A stretch of DNA of 32,000 nt, taken from contig NZ_CP088239.1 of assembly GCF_021054785.1 (NCBI RefSeq), positions 120,001 through 152,000 on the forward strand. The letters run 5' to 3'. Of the stretch, positions 26,714-32,000 are shown piece after piece. This stretch comes from Tannockella kyphosi. Lineage in GTDB: Bacteria; Bacillota_I; Bacilli_A; Erysipelotrichales; Coprobacillaceae. Position 1 is the stretch's first letter, and every line of letters starts with the position of its first letter. The position numbers were made by a program, and so were the translations under genes. The notes below the pieces were generated by a model. The model was given only the letters and a program-made list of their open reading frames with translations. It did not search any database and was not told the origin of the DNA.

Positions 26714-26749
26714 AAACCACGGAGTAAACCACGGAGTAAACCACGGACT
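26714..26749. repeat. 3 x 12-nt tandem repeat AAACCACGGAGT
   Basis: AAACCACGGAGT AAACCACGGAGT AAACCACGGACT, 26 nt after the stop of 25207..26688. Confidence 0.9.
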
Positions 26750-27013
26750 AGATTACAGGTTAAAACACTTGGTAATAGTGATTGCGAAGGAATAGATAAA
26801 ATTAATATTCATAAAAACAACGCATTTTTCAATATCAGTAGAGGTTATTATATTCTAGGGTTTAACTAATTGTTAATGTGTTTAATGTTCACAACATAGT
26901 AATAGTCATTTTAATTAATATGATTTATGTACTGTAGTTACTTTTACTATCACTCTATTTAATGAAACTCTAAGAAAGTGCAGAGTTAAATAGATCGCAT
27001 ATTTATTGTTCAG

Positions 27014-27245
27014 TAATATAAAGTAAAAAGCATCTTTAATTAGGATTAGTTTCTGTACAAACAGGAGCTAATCCTTTTATCTTCCTAATAATTAGGACAA
27101 TGCACATACATCATTCTCATCTTCTTCATATAGTAAGTGAGGAGGTGAGAATATGAAATTATTGTTAATTAGCGGACATGGTGCGGGCACTTGACCATAG
27201 TTCTAAAATTATATAGAAAACCTTTGTTTTATATAGAAAAAACAG
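27014..27245 (+). repeat. cassette-boundary repeat R5 (full length)
   Basis: Near-identical to R4 and R1: hairpin 27043-27074 plus T-run, CCTAATAATTAGG 27084-27096, SD-sequestering hairpin 27113-27152, mini-ORF ATG 27153 (MKLLLISGHGAGT*) and the right half to ...TATATAGAAAAAACAG. Confidence 0.9.
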
Positions 27246-27380
27246 CATTTATATATATGTTAAAAAGCTAGATTTTCATCTTTTTCGTAAAAAAGAAAAA
27301 AACAGTTAAAGATAAGGGGAAGATACACTTACATAAGAATTAGTTTTACTATTTAATGGAATAATCATTTCGATGAACAT

Positions 27381-27410
27381 AAAAACAACCACCTTATAAT
27401 AGGTGGTTGT
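27381..27410 (-). terminator. intrinsic terminator of the minus-strand PadR operon
   Basis: Perfect 10-bp stem ACAACCACCT/AGGTGGTTGT with loop TATAAT. On the minus strand it is followed by TTTTTAT. Confidence 0.7.
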
Positions 27411-27531
27411 TCACGTCAAAGATTAGAGCAGTAAAGTTGTCGTCATAACTAATCTTCTTGTATGCAGTACGGCAGATGTAGAGAAGATAAGTCAGGAAAT
27501 CCATCAGTAAAAGGCACATCACAAAATAGTA

Positions 27532-27993
27532 TTAGTATAAATTACCATCTATACTACAATACAGTGATATTGATTTTGTAATACTGTCTGTTTCAAATCC
27601 TAAAAAGTATTCTTTTATTGTTGCTGTAGCTTTTGCACAATTACCAGATTTAGATGTATTCGTACTATATGTTTTCCATGCACTATCATAGATAGTGATA
27701 TTTAGTTTTGATGAACTGCAAGTCACAGATGTACCAACAAATGAAAACGTACCAGTAACACTAATAGACCATAGTGCTTCACCTGATGATGAACGATAGG
27801 TTGTAGTTTTTGTACCAGATACTGTATCCAAAGAAGAACGAGTTTGTGCAGTTGTTTGGTTAGAATAGTTGATAACTGTTTCATAATAACATCCAGTATC
27901 TAAGCACTGTTCTTCTAAAGCAAAGGTTGCTTTAGGTGATAATATAAAAGTAAGTAACAAGATAGAGATAAAAATTTTTATTGTTTTTTTCAT
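27532..27993 (-). CDS. secreted S/T-rich protein, unknown function (153 aa)
   Basis: AGGAG SD. Signal peptide MKKTIKIFISILLLTFILSPKATFA. The mature part is T/S-rich with several Cys. Confidence 0.65.
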   Translation of the reverse strand: MKKTIKIFISILLLTFILSPKATFALEEQCLDTGCYYETVINYSNQTTAQTRSSLDTVSGTKTTTYRSSSGEALWSISVTGTFSFVGTSVTCSSSKLNITIYDSAWKTYSTNTSKSGNCAKATATIKEYFLGFETDSITKSISLYCSIDGNLY

Positions 27994-28006
27994 AAGTAAT
28001 ACGCTC

Positions 28007-28384
28007 CTATTCGTAAGTTATAGATGAATCATCAAAATAAGATCCATGACTATCTTTTGCATCTTCACGGGCTAAACTTAAAACACCAAAAAAGATGATT
28101 GTATTAATGATTAAAAATAGAAATATAAGCTTTAGAGATTTTTGTTTGAATTTAGTATCTTTCATACGTGAATAAATACCTTGTGGTTCTAAGTCATCAT
28201 AAAATGATTCCACTATTTCTTTAGGGTTACCAAACCTAGAAGAATAGTAATCATAGTTTTCATTTTCTTCAGAATTTTCAGTAATAGATTTTGTGAATCT
28301 GTTAAAATATTCTATTTCTTCTTTCCCAAATGTAGGAAAAGCTTTTTTTATGTCTAATAAGTACGTATCTCTACTCATCACCAT
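28007..28384 (-). CDS. membrane-anchored protein, DUF1700-like partner of PadR (125 aa)
   Basis: AAGGAG SD. The N-terminal soluble helical region (LLDIKKAFPTFGKEEIEYFNRF) resembles DUF1700 proteins that commonly follow PadR genes. One TM helix (LIFLFLIINTIIFFGVLSLA). It overlaps the padR stop. Confidence 0.55.
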   Translation of the reverse strand: MVMSRDTYLLDIKKAFPTFGKEEIEYFNRFTKSITENSEENENYDYYSSRFGNPKEIVESFYDDLEPQGIYSRMKDTKFKQKSLKLIFLFLIINTIIFFGVLSLAREDAKDSHGSYFDDSSITYE

Positions 28385-28709
28385 GTTCTCCTTTTATATT
28401 TAATATTACTTGTATTTTATTTTCCCATTGATGATATTCTTCAATCATTGCTTCTAGATAAGGAATACCAGATTCTTCTAGATGATAATAAACACGTATC
28501 TTTCTATTTACTATTACTTCATTAGAAGATATATATCCTTTATCTAACATCTTATAAAGAGTAGGGTATAAAGAACCTTCTTTTATATCAATGATGCCAT
28601 CTGATAATTCGCGTATTTTAGTTGTAATTTCATAACCATAACAATCCTTGGTTGTTAAAATAACAAGTATTAACATCTCAAATTTAAAATAAATGTTCTT
28701 CTTAGCCAT
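28371..28709 (-). CDS. PadR-family transcriptional regulator (112 aa)
   Basis: wHTH motif ILVILTTKDCYGYEITTKI...GSLYPTLYKMLDKGYISS...RVYYHLEESG is typical of PadR. AAGGAG SD. Confidence 0.85.
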   Translation of the reverse strand: MAKKNIYFKFEMLILVILTTKDCYGYEITTKIRELSDGIIDIKEGSLYPTLYKMLDKGYISSNEVIVNRKIRVYYHLEESGIPYLEAMIEEYHQWENKIQVILNIKGEHGDE

Positions 28710-29228
28710 TTGGATCTCCTTTTCTAAATATAGTATAAATATATCAAATAGTAGCGTTTAAGTAAATACATTTAAAACTATGTATAATATTATTGACATA
28801 TTATTTGCATATAGAGTATAGTTTAAGTATGAGATATATCACATAATGTATTGTGCCGATTCTAGTTTGAACACAAAAGCTAGCAAACGGTCGAAAGGGG
28901 GAGTGTGTCTATAGAATATCTTTAACTTAGTATTCATAGTGATTTGTATGATAATTTTTGAAAACAGTGTTATTATTTACTGTAACTAAATTATTTATCT
29001 CAATGATTTTTGCTCAAAAGAATAATATGATATACATTGTTATTAAAATAGGGCCAAGTGGTTTGTGACGAGAATGCTAGGGGATTGAATAAGTATTAAA
29101 TGTACAAAATAAAACAAAGACAAAGGTTGACTTAATTGTGTGAGAAGTTAGTTAAACTTTATCAAAATACTGAAAGGAAAGTATGATCTGACACTAAGAA
29201 ACAAGTGCTTTTCATACAAGGTTATGGT

Positions 29229-29786
29229 ATGAAAAAGAAGAGAAGTATATGTTTAATTATTGCAATAGGTGCATGTATTATTCTAACATTACTTTTTTTG
29301 AAAAGAGAAAATATTTATGTTCAATTAGGCGGCTTACAATATCAATTTGAATCTATGAATTACTCTTTATCTCAAGAAAAAGTAGATGGGGAATATTCTT
29401 TTGATATTGATTTAGAAGACTTAGAATCAAATGAAAACAAAAAAATAGAAATAGATGATAATTGTTATATAGAAATAGCAAGTATTATACTAGAAAGTAA
29501 TGGTCAGTATGCTTTACATTTACAATCTCATGGAGAGTATGATTTTAATGGAGGATATTTCTATACAGCGAATGAATATTATACAGGAGATCAAAACAAT
29601 ATGATAACTGTAATCGGTGAGTTAGAATCTGATGGAGAAAGTTGGTACTCATCCTCTTATTTAGCTGTTAGTAATAAATATGGAGATAGTTTTAGTTATA
29701 GCATTGATGCAAGTAAAATAGATAGTAATCATGTAACGGTTACATTAAGTAATATAAATAAAGTAATATTGGAAAGGGAAAATTGA
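29229..29786 (+). CDS. N-terminally anchored extracytoplasmic protein (185 aa from ATG 29229)
   Basis: MKKKRSICLIIAIGACIILTLLF signal/anchor. The remainder is acidic and Y/S-rich. The listed GTG start at 29205 is less likely. Confidence 0.55.
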   Translation: MKKKRSICLIIAIGACIILTLLFLKRENIYVQLGGLQYQFESMNYSLSQEKVDGEYSFDIDLEDLESNENKKIEIDDNCYIEIASIILESNGQYALHLQSHGEYDFNGGYFYTANEYYTGDQNNMITVIGELESDGESWYSSSYLAVSNKYGDSFSYSIDASKIDSNHVTVTLSNINKVILEREN

Positions 29787-29788
29787 AA

Positions 29789-30538
29789 ATGAAAAAAATA
29801 AGAATAATGTTAATAACTACTTGTATGGGAATATTAAGTGTTGCAAATGTTTATGCAAGCGAAAAAACACTTTTTGATTATACAGCAAAAGAAATTGCAC
29901 AAATGCAAGATGAGGAATATTTAACTCTATATACAGACTATTATATTGAAGCAAAATCACAAAACAAAACAGAAGAAGATATTAAAATAGAATTACAAAA
30001 TGTAGGAATTGATTATTCCTGTGTTGATCTGGTTAATAATTCAAGGGCAGCATCTTTCAGTACAGATATCGACTTGAATATAACTTTATCTCGTAGAAGT
30101 GGTCAAACGTATACTTATGTGACGGGTGTTGCTACTTCTACGAAACTTCTCAGCTCTCCTTCAACAGAAGATATGCTTTCAATTGAATGGGAACCCTCTA
30201 AAGGAACTTATTATGGATATACTGAAACAAAAAATGCCACATTGAAAAATTATTCTAAAAAGAGCCAAGGTATATTAGTTTTTAATATACAGGATTCAAA
30301 TTTAGTGATTAGCGGTAGCTACGCACTATGCTCGGTAAAAGTTGTTTTCGATGACAATACTGATGTAGGTGATTTAGGATTAAATTATATACATACATTT
30401 ACTGATGCAGCACCCACTTTAACGATAGGTGGGAATGTATCCTTTACATCTGTAGGAGCACTAACTGGAGGTCTTAGTATAGGGTTAACAATCACAAATG
30501 TAAGTTGTGTTTGGGAAAGATCATATTTATATTCTTAA
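29789..30538 (+). CDS. secreted beta-rich protein (249 aa from ATG 29789)
   Basis: Signal peptide MKKIRIMLITTCMGILSVANVYA. The C-terminal region is S/T/G-rich with an alternating pattern (TLTIGGNVSFTSVGALTGGLSIGLTITNVS). It starts 2 nt after the upstream stop. Confidence 0.65.
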   Translation: MKKIRIMLITTCMGILSVANVYASEKTLFDYTAKEIAQMQDEEYLTLYTDYYIEAKSQNKTEEDIKIELQNVGIDYSCVDLVNNSRAASFSTDIDLNITLSRRSGQTYTYVTGVATSTKLLSSPSTEDMLSIEWEPSKGTYYGYTETKNATLKNYSKKSQGILVFNIQDSNLVISGSYALCSVKVVFDDNTDVGDLGLNYIHTFTDAAPTLTIGGNVSFTSVGALTGGLSIGLTITNVSCVWERSYLYS

Positions 30539-30631
30539 AAGATGATATAACTTACTTATAAATAAAACTGTAAATAACTATAATATTCAAATAAGTCAGT
30601 ATGTTATATACGAGTATAATCTAAATTTTAG

Positions 30632-30657
30632 ACTAGAATTTTATTCTAGTTTTTTTT
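30632..30657 (+). terminator. intrinsic terminator
   Basis: ACTAGAAT, loop TTT, ATTCTAGT, followed by TTTTTTT. Confidence 0.7.
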
Positions 30658-30724
30658 GATACTTTCTAGCTAGTAAGTTCTAAAAGTAAATGTATGACAT
30701 AGCATTATTTAGGAGGTAGTTAAT

Positions 30725-31030
30725 ATGGAAACAAAAAAGATACTTAAAGATATAGCAAAGAGATGTGACGACGATATCTCATTTAGCAGTAGTAGGACCT
30801 GTAAGAACAGGGAAGTCTACGTTTATAAAAAAGAACACGTCAAGGCAGTAATACCTTATATTGATGATCCTGATGCTAAGTTACATGCTATTGATGAATT
30901 ACCACAATCTGGTAAGGGAAAAATGATTATGACGGTAGAGCCTAAATTCATCCCTAATCAAGCAGTATCGATATTATTAGAAGATAATTTAAATGCTAAG
31001 GTGAGACTAGTAGATAGTGTTAGATTCTAA
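30725..31030 (+). pseudogene. spoIVA: 5' fragment of stage IV sporulation protein A gene (frameshifted across Walker A, truncated at about codon 100)
   Basis: AGGAGG SD. METKKILKDIAKRCDDDI and DELPQSGKGKMIMTVEPKFIPNQAVSILLEDNLNAKVRLVDSV match the B. subtilis SpoIVA N-terminus (recalled: MEKVDIFKDIAERTGGDIYLGVVGAVRTGKSTFIKKF...DELPQSAAGKTIMTTEPKFVPNQAMSV...IRLVDCVGY). The Walker A peptide VVGPVRTGKSTFIKK is encoded in a different frame at 30789-30833. The ORF stops at 31030, whereas full-length SpoIVA is about 490 aa. Confidence 0.8.
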
Positions 31031-31087
31031 GTCCAATTATAATAAGGTAAATAATTATTTGAATAAAAATATAATAAGCTAGTTAAC

Positions 31088-31234
31088 GTTAATTAGGATT
31101 AGTTTCTGTACAAACAGAAACTAACCCTTTTATGTTCCTAATAATTAGGACAATGCACATACACCTACCTTATCTTCCTCATATAGTAAGTGAGGAGGTG
31201 AGAATATGAAATTATTGTTAATTAGCGGACATGG
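31088..31234 (+). repeat. cassette-boundary repeat R6 = native upstream region and first codons of the amidase gene
   Basis: Perfect hairpin GGATTAGTTTCTGT/ACAGAAACTAACCC plus T-run (31096-31132), CCTAATAATTAGG (31137-31149), leader hairpin, SD GAGGAGG and ATG 31206. Homology with R1-R5 ends after GGACATGG (31234). Confidence 0.9.
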
Positions 31235-32000
31235 ATCTGGAGACAGTGGGGCAGTTGGAAATGGCTACAAAGAATCGGATCTTACAATTGAAGTAGTTAA
31301 AAACATTAAGAATTATTTAGATGAATACATGAGTGTTACAGTCTATGATACAAATAGAAATGCTTTTAAAGATTGTCAAAAAGGTCAATTTAAAATAGGA
31401 AGATATGATTATATATTAGAAGTACATTTTAATGCTTTTAATGGAAAAGCCACAGGTACAGAATGCTTTGTTACTACAAGAGAAAAAGGTATCGGAGTAG
31501 AACAAAAAATAATGAAAAAAATGGCTAAATATTTTAAACTTAGAGATAATGATGCTATTTTTGATGGAGTAAAAAGAAAGAACTTCTTAGTCATTAATAC
31601 ATGTAAATCAAGAGGAATGTCAGGTTGTTTATTAGAAGTTTGTTTTATAGATAATCCTAGTGATATAAAGATATATCAAGAAAATAAGTTAGAAATAGCA
31701 AAAGATATTGGTGATGCAATTATGGACGGATTTAAAGTAACAAAAAAAGTTACTAGTAATACTAAAAAAACAACAGTAACTAAAAAATCAAATACGACAA
31801 TTGCCAAAGAAGTTATTGCTGGTAAATGGGGTAGTGGTGATGAAAGAAAAGAAAAATTAGAAAAAGCAGGATATAGCTATCAAGCTATTCAAAGTAGGGT
31901 CAATACTTTGTTGAACAAGAAAAAATCAAATACTACAATAGCCAAAGAAGTTATTGCTGGTAAATGGGGTAACGGATCTAGTAGAACAGATCGATTACGA
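31206..32000 (+). CDS. N-acetylmuramoyl-L-alanine amidase (Amidase_3) with C-terminal Cpl-7/CW_7-type cell-wall-binding repeats; 3' end beyond window
   Basis: Not in the ORF track because no stop occurs before the window end. Translation: MKLLLISGHGSGDSGAVGNGYKESDL...YILEVHFNAFNGKATGTECFV...GCLLEVCFIDNPSD (Amidase_3 Zn-ligand pattern H..E..H..E). A T/K-rich linker follows, then two 46-aa repeats KKSNTTIAKEVIAGKWGSGDERKEKLEKAGYSYQAIQSRVNTLL (31782-31919 and 31920 onward), which resemble CW_7 repeats. Confidence 0.85.
   Translation, partial: MKLLLISGHGSGDSGAVGNGYKESDLTIEVVKNIKNYLDEYMSVTVYDTNRNAFKDCQKGQFKIGRYDYILEVHFNAFNGKATGTECFVTTREKGIGVEQKIMKKMAKYFKLRDNDAIFDGVKRKNFLVINTCKSRGMSGCLLEVCFIDNPSDIKIYQENKLEIAKDIGDAIMDGFKVTKKVTSNTKKTTVTKKSNTTIAKEVIAGKWGSGDERKEKLEKAGYSYQAIQSRVNTLLNKKKSNTTIAKEVIAGKWGNGSSRTDRLR

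Noticed and set aside
10678-27194. The 13-codon mini-ORFs inside R1, R4 and R5 (MKLLLISGHGAGT and variants) as genuine peptide genes
   Set aside because: They are the first codons of the amidase gene followed by an early stop in the non-homologous right half. They are more simply explained as truncated gene starts, although they may still be translated.
28850-28870. PadR operator in CACATAATGTATTGTG
   Set aside because: Only a short imperfect ACAT-N-ATGT dyad is present. It is not clearly the ATGT-N8-ACAT type, and such dyads are common by chance in AT-rich DNA.
51-31594. Short antisense or overlapping ORFs: 51..287, 1737..1922, 4699..4881, 4712..4963, 7809..8051, 9200..9421, 9730..9933, 9947..10162, 14244..14495, 14893..15165, 15772..15978, 20027..20221, 20976..21188, 21641..21826, 23035..23247, 23647..23856, 26210..26395, 26472..26663, 31409..31594
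   Set aside because: Each lies within, or antisense to, a longer ORF that has clear family motifs. None has a convincing SD. AT-rich genomes generate such frames by chance.
1-32000. tRNA, rRNA, tmRNA, or integrase/recombinase genes that could explain the repeats as classical att sites
   Set aside because: No cloverleaf-like GC-rich segments and no rRNA-like conserved stretches were recognised. No ORF has tyrosine or serine recombinase motifs. The only transposition enzymes are the ISL3 and IS66 DDE transposases and the intron RTs.

Overview
Very AT-rich, low-GC Firmicutes-type accessory region (Clostridia/Erysipelotrichia-like gene content). No rRNA, tRNA or CRISPR array was recognised.

**1 to 10.5 kb.** Two tandem copies of a two-gene module encode MacB/FtsX-type fused ABC ATPase-permeases. 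The first gene is cut by the window edge. Small hypothetical and membrane proteins follow, including a decayed paralog fragment.

**10.5 to 31.2 kb.** This part is organised as gene cassettes. Each is bounded by a copy of a ~110-250 bp repeat (R1-R6). The repeat's left half matches the terminator hairpin, leader and first ~10 codons of the N-acetylmuramoyl-L-alanine amidase gene that starts at 31206.

Cassette contents:
- (a) A secreted beta-rich protein plus a small membrane protein. This cassette was then invaded by a nested pair of group II introns (a twintron), an ISL3-family IS and an IS66-family IS.
- (b) A type III toxin-antitoxin-like locus: promoter, 34-nt tandem repeats, terminator, toxin. 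Its ToxN/AbiQ-family toxin is fused to a HipA-like kinase.
- (c) An AbiEi/AbiEii pair.
- (d) An AlbA_2/Schlafen-like ATPase-wHTH protein.
- (e) A PadR operon, divergent secreted proteins and a frameshifted 5' fragment of spoIVA.

No integrase or site-specific recombinase gene is visible in the window.

**Most noteworthy.** The ToxN-HipA fusion with its candidate RNA antitoxin repeats, and the repeat-delimited cassette array anchored on the amidase 5' end.

All calls come from reading the sequence and ORF translations. Family assignments rest on motifs recalled from memory and need HMM/BLAST confirmation.
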